From contig CBDCRP010000002.1 of NCBI GenBank assembly GCA_965221165.1, positions 1,376,001 through 1,440,000 of the forward strand: 64,000 nucleotides of DNA, read 5' to 3'. Below the pieces are notes generated by a model. The model was not told where the DNA came from. It saw only the letters and a list, made by a program, of their open reading frames with translations, and did not search any database. The position numbers were made by a program, and so were the translations under genes. Within the stretch, counting starts at the first letter, position 1. Each line of letters begins with the position of its first letter. Shown here in pieces: positions 52,776 to 61,596 of this stretch. Origin of the DNA: a bacterium. GTDB lineage: Bacteria; UBA8248.

Positions 52776-54375
52776 TCGCCTTCCTCCGTCGGAAAAGTTT
52801 GCGCAGTGCTCGGCCCGGGCGCGCTCCGGTATGGGTTCCCCCTTCCACGACAACCTCACCGTTCACGAGGACCATCTCGACGCCAGAAGGATACGCGATG
52901 GGACGCTCATAAGTGCACTCATCGCGTATCTCGTCCGGATCGAACAACACGAGATCGGCCTTCATCCCTATCGCTAGACGTCCCCGATCCGCTATGCCCA
53001 GCCGATCGCAGGGAGCGGAGGTCATCTTCCGTATCGCCTCGGTGAGCGGGAACAGGCCCTCGTCTCGCGCCAGCGCGCCCAAGACAAAGGGAAAAGTGCC
53101 GAAATTTCTCGGGTGAGGCCTGCCCGCGCCCAGGGGCGGCTCGTGCGTGAGCGCGCCCGCGTCCGAACCCACCATGACGTAGGGCTTGCCGAGAATGCGC
53201 CGCATGTTCTCCGCACTCATCATGAAAATGAGAATCTCGACGTTCATCCTCTCCTCGATCAGCAAATCGAGCATCGCATCCACGGGGGCCTCGCCTCGGG
53301 TCTCGCCCAGGCGCGCGAGGGTGAGGCCCTCGCAAGGCTGATTCGCCTCCGTGAACACCCGGCTGATCAGGATGTTCTCCCAATAGGAGGGCTCGGGGTG
53401 CGCTTGTATGATTTCGCCCCTTATCCTCGCCCTGGTTTCCGAGTCCGCGAGACGCTCCACCTTCTCATCAACAGCGCCGTCATGCGCCCAATCGGGCAGG
53501 AGCGCGCTCAAGTGGGTGTTCGAGGCCGTGTAGGGATAGCGATCACAGGTGACGTCCTCTCCCCTCTCTCTCGCGCGTTCGATGCGGGTGAAGGCCTCGT
53601 CGAGCTTGTCCCAATTCCGCTCGCCCGCCGTCTTCAAATGGCTGATCTGGAGCGGCAGCCCAGCCGATGCGGCCGTGCCAATCACCTCGTCCATCGCCTC
53701 TAGCAGCGCATCTCCCTCGCTGCGCATGTGGGTAGCCAGCAGTCCCCTGCCTCGCGCCGAAACCCGGCAAAGGGCCATGAGTTCACTCTTATCCGCGAAG
53801 CAAGCCGGCGCATACACCAATCCGGTGGACAAGCCAAAAGCCCCCTGCCTCATCCCCACGGCGAACATTTCCTCCATCGCGGCAAGTTCCTCCGCGCGAG
53901 CCGGGCGTGCCTCGCCGCCCATGACGCTCGCTCGAATCGTATTGTGGCCTGCCAGATGGGCGTAGTTAATCGATACACCCACCTCGTCGAGGCGATCAAG
54001 ATGCTCGCCCACACTCTGAAACGAGAGGTCCAGATCGAATTGTTCCCCATACCATTTCTTACGCTCCTCGAACTCAGCCCCGTAAATCGGGGAGGCGGCG
54101 TAGCCGCAGTTGCCACCCACGTCGGTCGTCACTCCTTGGCGGACTTTCGCGTGTGCCTCGGGGTTGATGAGGATGTAGTAATCCGAATGGCCGTGAATAT
54201 CGACGAACCCCGGACTTAAGGCCAGACCTCTCGCGTCGACCTCACGACGGGCGAAGCCACTCACTTCGGGGCCCACATCTGCGATGAGATTTCCGCGAAC
54301 GGCAAGCGCACCCTCATAAGGGGCCTTGCCCAGACCATCAAATATCGTGGCATGGTGAAATATGACATCATACAT
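52768..54375 (-). CDS. N-acyl-D-amino-acid deacylase (D-aminoacylase) family
   Basis: PGFVDIHGHSD, GNCG, HMRSE, ISHLK, GSD, HPRNFGTF. Confidence 0.92.
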   Translation of the reverse strand: MYDVIFHHATIFDGLGKAPYEGALAVRGNLIADVGPEVSGFARREVDARGLALSPGFVDIHGHSDYYILINPEAHAKVRQGVTTDVGGNCGYAASPIYGAEFEERKKWYGEQFDLDLSFQSVGEHLDRLDEVGVSINYAHLAGHNTIRASVMGGEARPARAEELAAMEEMFAVGMRQGAFGLSTGLVYAPACFADKSELMALCRVSARGRGLLATHMRSEGDALLEAMDEVIGTAASAGLPLQISHLKTAGERNWDKLDEAFTRIERARERGEDVTCDRYPYTASNTHLSALLPDWAHDGAVDEKVERLADSETRARIRGEIIQAHPEPSYWENILISRVFTEANQPCEGLTLARLGETRGEAPVDAMLDLLIEERMNVEILIFMMSAENMRRILGKPYVMVGSDAGALTHEPPLGAGRPHPRNFGTFPFVLGALARDEGLFPLTEAIRKMTSAPCDRLGIADRGRLAIGMKADLVLFDPDEIRDECTYERPIAYPSGVEMVLVNGEVVVEGGTHTGARPGRALRKLFRRRKANV

Positions 54376-54444
54376 TGCGGACTGTCCGTGGCGGATTAGA
54401 CTCGAACGTCGACAGCAGCAGCAGAAACAATTATGAGCGAATCC

Positions 54445-55659
54445 TCATCCGCCTGCAATCGGCGCCGGGCCAGATATCCACGATCCCCCTAACATCACAG
54501 CAATCAGTTCCAGTGAATCGGAATCGAGAGCGCAAAAATCCGCTCGCCGACCCGGAGCGAGACATCCCCACACGGATTCCATGCCAAGGACACACGCAGG
54601 GTTTCGCGTGGCCGTCGTCAGGGCGCAAGCGATCTCGAGCCCGCCCCATTCCCGAAAGCGGGGAAGCATCCGCGAGAGCGTGAGCCGGCTGCCGCTCAAT
54701 ACGCCCTCGCGCCTTAAGGCGTCGCCCAGCATCTCGTCGCTCGTCTCCTCCGCGTCCGCTTGGGGCCTTAAACCCCCATCGGCCACGAGATCCGAAGTGA
54801 GGACCGTCCTCTCCCAGCCCCTGGCGCGAACGAAAGATGCGAGCGCTCGCGGGGCCAAGTGCACGCCGTCCGCTATAAGGCCGGCGGAGAGCCTCGAATC
54901 GTTCTGCACGAAATCCATGGGCGAGGCGCTCCTGTGCGCAGGAGTCTCCGGATGCCCGTAGCGATTGAACGCATGAACCGCGAATGCGCAGCCCGCCTCC
55001 AAAAACGCCTCCACGCAGGCGGCCTCGGCCTCCGTGTGCCCCATGGCAGGGACGACACCATTCTCCGCCAGCCAGCGGACGAAGTCCGAGGCGTCCGCCG
55101 CACCGGGGGAGAGCGTCACCATGGCCAACCCGGGCGCGCCGTCCACTCCCAACCCCCCGGCGGCCCGGGCGATCGCCTCGATCTCTTTTCTCGATGGCGC
55201 GCGGATATGCTCTCGCGGATGCGCCCCCCCCATACGCGGCTCCAGATAAGGACCCTCCAGGTGAACGCCCAGGATTCGCGCCTCGGCCCTGCCTTCTTCT
55301 TGAAGCGCCCACGCTTCCCTCACTGCGCCAGCCGCGCGAATCAACTCCTCCCGAGGGGCCGTGGTAATGGTAGGCAAAAAAGCGGTGGTTCCGCACCTCG
55401 CCAATTCCCGGGCGATTCGCCGGATACCGGCAGCGCTCGCCGTGAGCACCGCATCCGCCCCCAGACCGTTGACCTGAAGATCCAGGAAGCCGGGGCACAC
55501 GAGCGCGCCTCCTAAGTCGAGTACCCGGGCCTCGGGAGGCAAAGGATGCGCGCCGCGCGGCCCCACATACGAAAAAACGCCCTCCTCGATGACGAGGAGG
55601 GCGTCCACTATTCTTTCGAGCGGCGTATAAGCCGTCACGCCCACGAGGCACAGAGCCAT
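54445..55659 (-). CDS. nagA: N-acetylglucosamine-6-phosphate deacetylase
   Basis: PGFLDLQVNG, GVHLEGP, GAHP, GHT, HAFN, ADGVH. Confidence 0.88.
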   Translation of the reverse strand: MALCLVGVTAYTPLERIVDALLVIEEGVFSYVGPRGAHPLPPEARVLDLGGALVCPGFLDLQVNGLGADAVLTASAAGIRRIARELARCGTTAFLPTITTAPREELIRAAGAVREAWALQEEGRAEARILGVHLEGPYLEPRMGGAHPREHIRAPSRKEIEAIARAAGGLGVDGAPGLAMVTLSPGAADASDFVRWLAENGVVPAMGHTEAEAACVEAFLEAGCAFAVHAFNRYGHPETPAHRSASPMDFVQNDSRLSAGLIADGVHLAPRALASFVRARGWERTVLTSDLVADGGLRPQADAEETSDEMLGDALRREGVLSGSRLTLSRMLPRFREWGGLEIACALTTATRNPACVLGMESVWGCLAPGRRADFCALDSDSLELIAVMLGGSWISGPAPIAGG

Positions 55660-55668
55660 GATGCGGGC

Positions 55669-56274
55669 CTACTTCTTCTTTTCGCTTTTCTTCAGTTCCG
55701 CGCGCACCTTCTCGTTCGCGTCGATGAGCGACTCGACGTTCTCCCGCGCCACCTCGTACAGGGAGAATTGCACCCGTTCGAGTATCAGGCGGCCTGCCAG
55801 AGTGGTGACGCCCGGAATCTTGGGCGGTATCTCCTTCTTACCCGAGCCTTTCGCAATCTCCTCGATGTCCTTTAGGACCTCCCGGTCGTCGTAGAGTTCC
55901 TCCCCCTCATACTGGTAGGTGAGCTTCACGTAATCTCTTTCTTTTCTTTCCTGATCGCGCGTTTCACGGACGATGTTCTCCATGTCGGCGGAAACGGGTT
56001 TTTTCGCCGATTCGTTGCGTTTCTCGATCTGCTGGAAATACTTGGCGTGATCGTAGGATTCGGACAACTCCTCGCCCGGTATCTTCGAGCTGATCTCGAA
56101 GCGTATCGCCTTGTCCACATCCACGAATTTCGGCGGGCCGATTTCGTAGGTAATGCCCTCGACGTTGAACCGATCTCCCTTCTTGGGCTCGAACTTCTTC
56201 TGTAAGTCTTTCGTTAAGCGGTTAAGCGAAACAGAAGCGGTTTGCACAAAAAGCTGCGCTTGAAGTGAAGACAT
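55669..56274 (-). CDS. Hypothetical soluble, highly charged 201-aa protein
   Basis: ATG 56274 after GAGGAG; GC-ending codons; ends 9 nt before nagA. Confidence 0.8.
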   Translation of the reverse strand: MSSLQAQLFVQTASVSLNRLTKDLQKKFEPKKGDRFNVEGITYEIGPPKFVDVDKAIRFEISSKIPGEELSESYDHAKYFQQIEKRNESAKKPVSADMENIVRETRDQERKERDYVKLTYQYEGEELYDDREVLKDIEEIAKGSGKKEIPPKIPGVTTLAGRLILERVQFSLYEVARENVESLIDANEKVRAELKKSEKKK

Positions 56275-56484
56275 TTTTTGTATCTCCTCGGCTCGAAGGA
56301 CAAATCGAAGATGGAACATGCCCCAGCGCGACGAATGCGTCAAGACCTCGGGAGGTGTTTCGGGAGCCCATCCGACAATAATGATAGCCCCCATATTCCC
56401 ATCGGCATAGGAGGATATATGTGATATTGTCGCGCTATTCAAGCGCGCCCTATCTCTATATCCCAGAAAAAGGAGCGAATTCAG

Positions 56485-57411
56485 ATGGCCGAGCCGGTCC
56501 ACATCCGCATCGGGGGCTATTCCCCGCCCGATACCTCCCACAGCCGCGCGATGATTCTCTTCGGGGAGAAGATGGCCGAACGGCTGGGCGACGGCGTCAA
56601 GACGGACATCTTCTGGAACGTGATGGATTTCGGCTACGGCGCGCCCGACCTGCTCGCCATGGTGGAATGCGGGATGCTTGGCATGTGTTATTTCTCGACG
56701 AGCTATCTCGCCGACAGGGTGCCTGAACTGGAAATCGTCGACCTGCCCTTTTTGTTCGAGGATTCCGCCCACGCCTACGGCGCGCTCGACGGCGCACTCG
56801 GCGCGCATCTCACCGAGCGAATCGAAGCGCAGACGGGCTACAAGAACCTGGGCTTTTGGGACAACGGATTCCGCCATCTCTCGAACAGCGTCCGCGACGT
56901 GAGAACGCCGGACGATTGCCGGGGTCTGCGGATCCGCCTGCAGCCCAACGAGACGCACGTGAAGACCTTCGAACTCCTCGGAGCCGAGGCCATGCCGGTG
57001 GAGCTCAAGGAAGGAATCGCCATGATCGAATCGGGCGAGGTGAACGCGCAGGAAAACCCCCTTTCGAACACCGTCACCTACGGCGTCACGAACCACCAAA
57101 GGCGCATCACGATGAGCGGCCACTTCTACGGCGCGCGCGCCCTGCTCATCCACCGGGAGAGCTTCGACGCCTGGCCCGCCCAGGTCCAAGAGGCGGCGCG
57201 CGCCTGCATCCGAGAAGCCATCGACCACCAAAGAGAAGCCGCCCAGGCGGGGGAGATCGCGATTCGCCGGAGCCTCGAGGAAGAAGGCGTCTCCTTCGTG
57301 GACCTGACGGATGAGGAGCGCGCGGCGTTTGCGGACGCCACGGAACCCATTCGCGCCATAGCCAGGGAAAGGCTTGGAGACGCGCTGTTCGATTTGGCGA
57401 TGAGGAAATAG
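56485..57411 (+). CDS. TRAP DctP-family solute-binding protein without signal peptide
   Basis: DLPFLF, WDNGFRH, GLRIR, VNAQENP. Confidence 0.88.
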   Translation: MAEPVHIRIGGYSPPDTSHSRAMILFGEKMAERLGDGVKTDIFWNVMDFGYGAPDLLAMVECGMLGMCYFSTSYLADRVPELEIVDLPFLFEDSAHAYGALDGALGAHLTERIEAQTGYKNLGFWDNGFRHLSNSVRDVRTPDDCRGLRIRLQPNETHVKTFELLGAEAMPVELKEGIAMIESGEVNAQENPLSNTVTYGVTNHQRRITMSGHFYGARALLIHRESFDAWPAQVQEAARACIREAIDHQREAAQAGEIAIRRSLEEEGVSFVDLTDEERAAFADATEPIRAIARERLGDALFDLAMRK

Positions 57412-57533
57412 GAAAAGCGCGGTGCGGCTGAGCCTCGCCCGGTCCTCCTCGCCATCGCGCTCCCACTCCGGTTAGAATCTACACCTTGCAGCGCGAAGTG
57501 AGAACAGGTTCTTCATAGAAGGCGCGGAAAACC

Positions 57534-58523
57534 TTGCGTGTATTCTACATCGCCGCATGTCTGGTCGGCATCATCATCCTTGGTACGGCCGGCTACATCG
57601 CAATCGAGGGGTGGTCGCTCGTCGATTCTTTTTATATGACGATAATCACCCTCACGACGGTGGGCTACGGCGAGGTGCGCGGGTTGAGTACGATAGGACG
57701 CATGTTCACTGTGGCGCTTCTGCTCGTGGGCGTGGGCGCCGTATTCTACGGCACTGCGAGCATCGCCGAAGCGAGGCTCGAAGAGCGGATACGTCAGATT
57801 TTCGGGAGGCGGAAACTGGTGAGAGAACTCAAAAAGCTCGAAGGTCATCACATCATCTGCGGGTATGGGCGCATCGGCTCCACCATCGCGGGAGAATACG
57901 CCAGAGAGTCGCTGCCCTACGTCATCATCGAGAGTGACGAGGCCACCGCCACCCACCTCGATCAGGAGGGACACCTCGTGATTCTCGGTGACGCCACACT
58001 CGATGAAACACTCATCGAGGCGAACGTGGAGAAAGCCCGAAGCCTCGTCTGCGCCCTGCCCACGGATGCGGAAAACGTGTTCGTCACCCTCACGGCGAGG
58101 GCGTTGAACCCCAACCTCTTCATCCTGAGCCGCGCTGCGATAGAAAGCTCCATCGGAAAAATGGAGACAGCCGGGGCAGACCACGTGGTCTCACCCTACA
58201 TCATGGGCGGCATGCGCATGGCGCAGTCCGTTCTGAGGCCCAAGTTCGCCGGCTTCCTAGACGAAGTCACCAGCCACGCGACGGAGGACCTAGATTTCGA
58301 GGAAGTGGACGTGCCCGAAGGGTCGGACCTGGTCGGCATGGCTCTCAGGGAATCGAAGATCAGCCAGGACACCGGCGTCTACCTGCTATCCATCCGCCAG
58401 AGCAGCGGGGAGATGCGCTTCAACCCGGGGCCTGATTTTCAAATCCAAGCGGGAGACCACCTCTACGCCCTGGGCACGCCCGCGCAAGTGGAATCCCTGC
58501 GCAAGCGCGTTCACGAGAAGTAG
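57534..58523 (+). CDS. Potassium channel with RCK (TrkA-N/C) domains
   Basis: Filter TTVGYG, ICGYGRIG, GDAT, AGADHVVSP. Confidence 0.93.
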   Translation: MRVFYIAACLVGIIILGTAGYIAIEGWSLVDSFYMTIITLTTVGYGEVRGLSTIGRMFTVALLLVGVGAVFYGTASIAEARLEERIRQIFGRRKLVRELKKLEGHHIICGYGRIGSTIAGEYARESLPYVIIESDEATATHLDQEGHLVILGDATLDETLIEANVEKARSLVCALPTDAENVFVTLTARALNPNLFILSRAAIESSIGKMETAGADHVVSPYIMGGMRMAQSVLRPKFAGFLDEVTSHATEDLDFEEVDVPEGSDLVGMALRESKISQDTGVYLLSIRQSSGEMRFNPGPDFQIQAGDHLYALGTPAQVESLRKRVHEK

Positions 58524-58535
58524 CAAGCGCTCCTG

Positions 58536-59270
58536 TTAGCCAAGAGCGTTCAGTTTCAAACCCTCCGCCAGACGCAGGAGTTTGGCTGCGGCCTCGGTTC
58601 CCGGAGCTGCACGCGCCATAATCTCATCCGCCCCCGCCAGGTGGGGAATCACGCCCAGAAGCGGGGCGTCCTCCCCGCAAAGCTCGGCGATGGCCGCCGG
58701 ATTTCGCTCCGACGCCGGTGTGACTTCCCCCGTCGTGTCGGATAAGATGACGCCCAGAACATCGAGACCCTGCCTCTCGGCCTCCCGTACGCTCAAAAGA
58801 GTGTGGTTGATGGTCCCGAGCCCCAGCGGGGCGACTATAACCAAAGGCAGATTCGCGCGGCACGCCAAATCGCTCATCAAGACCCCCTCGGCCAAGGGGG
58901 CGAGAAGGCCACCCGCTCCCTCGACGAGCATGGGTCTCCCTTCTTGTCGGAGCGCTTCTATCGAACCTGCGATGCGTTCTAAATCCGGCGGAGCGCCCTC
59001 GCGCTCGGCCGCGTGAGCGGGGGTCAAGGGAATTTCGTATCTGTAGGGACAAATCTCATCCACGGGCCGCGGATCGCCCGCAGCTGTCCTGAGCGCCAGA
59101 GCGTCGCGGGGAACGAGGTGTCCTCCCTCGAGCGTGCAGCCCGATTCGGCCGGCTTCATCACCCTGGGGCTTCTGCCCTGCGCCGCCCAGTGAGCCGCGA
59201 TAATACAGCCCGCCACCGTCTTCCCCACGCCGGTTCCCGTTCCGGTCAAAAAAATGGCAATATCGGACAT
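58536..59270 (-). CDS. bioD: Dethiobiotin synthase
   Basis: TGTGTGVGKT, MKPAESG, VEGAGG, LGTINHTLL. Confidence 0.93.
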   Translation of the reverse strand: MSDIAIFLTGTGTGVGKTVAGCIIAAHWAAQGRSPRVMKPAESGCTLEGGHLVPRDALALRTAAGDPRPVDEICPYRYEIPLTPAHAAEREGAPPDLERIAGSIEALRQEGRPMLVEGAGGLLAPLAEGVLMSDLACRANLPLVIVAPLGLGTINHTLLSVREAERQGLDVLGVILSDTTGEVTPASERNPAAIAELCGEDAPLLGVIPHLAGADEIMARAAPGTEAAAKLLRLAEGLKLNALG

Positions 59271-59297
59271 CGGGTGAACCTCAAGAGGAGCCTGAAA

Positions 59298-59528
59298 ATG
59301 ACGCGCGCCAAAACCATCGACCTCACGGGCGAAATGTGCCCCATGAACTGGGTGCGGACCAAGCTCGCGCTCGAGGCGATGGCGCCGAGCGATACGATCG
59401 AAGTATGGCTCGACGCGGGCGAGGCCGCCACCAGCGTCCCCAAAAGCGCGGCCGCCGAGGGCCACACCATTCAGAGCACGACACCGGATGAGGAAGGCCG
59501 CGTCCGCGTCGTGATAAGGAAGAGGTGA
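59298..59528 (+). CDS. TusA/SirA family sulfurtransferase
   Basis: IDLTGEMCPMNWVRTKLALE; RBS GAGGAG. Confidence 0.88.
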   Translation: MTRAKTIDLTGEMCPMNWVRTKLALEAMAPSDTIEVWLDAGEAATSVPKSAAAEGHTIQSTTPDEEGRVRVVIRKR

Positions 59529-59571
59529 AACTTCTTACTTATGGGTAAGCCTTCGGACAGTCTTTAATATC

Positions 59572-59732
59572 CTGCCAAATAGCGTGTCAAATAGTACGCC
59601 AAGTAGTACGCCAAATAGTGAAAATTTAAGAGCATTCTTATCAAATATAATTTGACAAACATATTATAATCATATATTTATAATTTTATATGCGCTGCCA
59701 AATAGCGTGTCAAATAACATGTCAAATAGGAA
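59572..59732. repeat. Two arrays of 12-bp tandem repeats (core GYCAAATAG) flanking an AT-rich spacer
   Basis: Units at 59574, 59586, 59598, 59610 and 59697, 59709, 59721; exact 22-mer ctgccaaatagcgtgtcaaata at 59572 and 59695. Confidence 0.85.
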
Positions 59733-59738
59733 GTAAAA

Positions 59739-60929
59739 TTGGACTGGAAAAATTTCGAATTCGCATATGACTATAAAACCGCTGGTCTCATGAGTACCAT
59801 TGTTTCCATAGAAGCGTCCAAAGAAGCAGCCATGACACTCGTCCTTCCTCCTGAGTGGAGAGAAACGCTGAACAAGCTCAACCGCATTCGCGCCATTCAC
59901 GGCACTACTGCAATTGAGGGAAATCCCCTTTCAGAAGCTGAAGTCTCACAACAAATCGAGGCTCAGGAGCAATCCACCGATCATCAGGATGCAACGCAAC
60001 TCAGCAAGGAGCAGATTCAGATCAGAAACGCCGGTGCTGCGCAAACGTGGGTTCAAGAGAGGTTTAAACCTCACAGCGACCCTTTCACTCTCTCTGACAT
60101 TTTAAACATGCACGAAATGATCACCGAGAATGCCGACATGACGGATAACACGCCCGGAAACCTTAGAGCTTTTTCGGTTACCGTCGGAAGCCCATCTCTG
60201 GGAGGCGTTCACAGAGGAGCACCACATGAGCAATTACCAGACTTAATGAGTAAATATCTTGAGTTCTTGAGATCCCGCAAAATGGAGGCGGAACACCCCG
60301 CCATTCGAGCATTGCTGGCGCATTTTTTCCTGGTAACGATCCACCCCTTTGGTGATGGTAACGGCAGAACATCTCGCCTGGTGGAAGCGGGAATCTTGTT
60401 CCAGGAGGGGTATAACGTTCACGGATTCTACGGACTATCGAATTATTTCTATCGCCATGACGATGAATATAAAAGGCTTCTTCAAAAGTGTAGAGAAGAA
60501 CAACCCTTTGATGTTACCCCGTTCATTACCTTTGGCTTACAGGGCTTTATGGAGGAATTGAAAGGAATCAACAATTTCATCAAGACGAAGCTGAATCGAA
60601 TCGTCTATCGAAACATGCTGGTGCAAGCGCGCAATAAGAAGATATCCGAAAGGAGACATTTGATTAACGACAGGGAATACAATCTCCTTGATTTTTTAAT
60701 CACAGAAACCGAACCCATCGATCCATTCTCCGAGCAACCCTCAAGGGTGATTGGCGCTACGGAATTGATCGGATCTCCCTATATTCTAGGAGCATACAGG
60801 AACGTAACCACGAGGACTCTCATCAGAGAATTGCTCCGACTTGAGCAATTTGGCTTTATCAAAGTCACGGATACACCACCTAATGACCTGAAAATTGAAC
60901 TGGACTTTGACGCGATAGGGAAATACTAA
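59739..60929 (+). CDS. Fic family protein (class II) with probable C-terminal wHTH
   Basis: HPFGDGNGRTSR; inhibitory motif TTAIEG; TTRTLIRELLRLEQFGFI; AT-richer than flanks. Confidence 0.92.
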   Translation: MDWKNFEFAYDYKTAGLMSTIVSIEASKEAAMTLVLPPEWRETLNKLNRIRAIHGTTAIEGNPLSEAEVSQQIEAQEQSTDHQDATQLSKEQIQIRNAGAAQTWVQERFKPHSDPFTLSDILNMHEMITENADMTDNTPGNLRAFSVTVGSPSLGGVHRGAPHEQLPDLMSKYLEFLRSRKMEAEHPAIRALLAHFFLVTIHPFGDGNGRTSRLVEAGILFQEGYNVHGFYGLSNYFYRHDDEYKRLLQKCREEQPFDVTPFITFGLQGFMEELKGINNFIKTKLNRIVYRNMLVQARNKKISERRHLINDREYNLLDFLITETEPIDPFSEQPSRVIGATELIGSPYILGAYRNVTTRTLIRELLRLEQFGFIKVTDTPPNDLKIELDFDAIGKY

Positions 60930-60956
60930 TTTGTGCCCCATTCGAGGACCTCCCCC

Positions 60957-61436
60957 TCACGGCAACGGCTCGTCCTTGAGCCAGCGGGCGAGGGCTTTTT
61001 CGGGGTCGGCGATCTCCTCGATCGCGGCATACCAGTAGGCCTCCCAGCCCACCTCGGGCAGGCCGGTGAAAATCATGAGGTTCAGGGGATAGCTCTCACA
61101 ATCGGTCGAGCGCCTGAAATCGTCGCGGAACAAGAAGACGGGCTTTCTCCAGGCGACGGCCATGCCGAGTTCCACCATCACGCCCTCATCGGGCGGACAG
61201 CCGTTGACCACGCCGAAAAAGCCCGCCGCCTCGCGCACGTCGCGCATATCGTCCTGGCCCACGCGGTACGCCCAGCCGGGACTCGCGAGCCGCTCGGGCT
61301 GGTTGTTGCGCGTGAACGGTTCCCACACCTCGGCGCCCTCGGCTTCTAACGCCGCCACGAGCGCCTTCAAGGGCCCCTCGCGCTGCTGCAAGGAAAATCC
61401 ATAAGGACTCGCCAGATACAGGGTCTTATCCGCCAT
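60957..61436 (-). CDS. Nucleoside 2-deoxyribosyltransferase family protein
   Basis: YLASPYGF, PDEGVMVELGMA, KPVFLFRDD, NLMI. Confidence 0.88.
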   Translation of the reverse strand: MADKTLYLASPYGFSLQQREGPLKALVAALEAEGAEVWEPFTRNNQPERLASPGWAYRVGQDDMRDVREAAGFFGVVNGCPPDEGVMVELGMAVAWRKPVFLFRDDFRRSTDCESYPLNLMIFTGLPEVGWEAYWYAAIEEIADPEKALARWLKDEPLP

Positions 61437-61596
61437 GCTCACCCCCTCTCCTCTGTCATTCACCTCGCGCCGTCGATAAGGGAGCGCGCGGCATACTCCC
61501 ACACGATGAGAGGGGTCGTCCAGCGCAGGCCCGGCCACTCCCGAGCCGCCGGTCCATCCTCCGCGCCACTCCTCGAGCACAAGTGGGCGTTCAGCC

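Noticed and set aside
56275-57231. N-terminal extension making a 520-aa ORF
   Set aside because: It is mostly antisense to the dctP gene; the RBS supports a start at 56274
59572-59732. CRISPR array
   Set aside because: Units are 12 bp, contiguous, with no unique spacers, and no cas genes are present
59690-59770. Micro-ORF MRCQIACQITCQIGSKIGLEKFRIRI as a Cys-repeat peptide precursor
   Set aside because: No RBS, overlaps the fic start, no modifying enzymes nearby; the periodicity is explained by the DNA repeat
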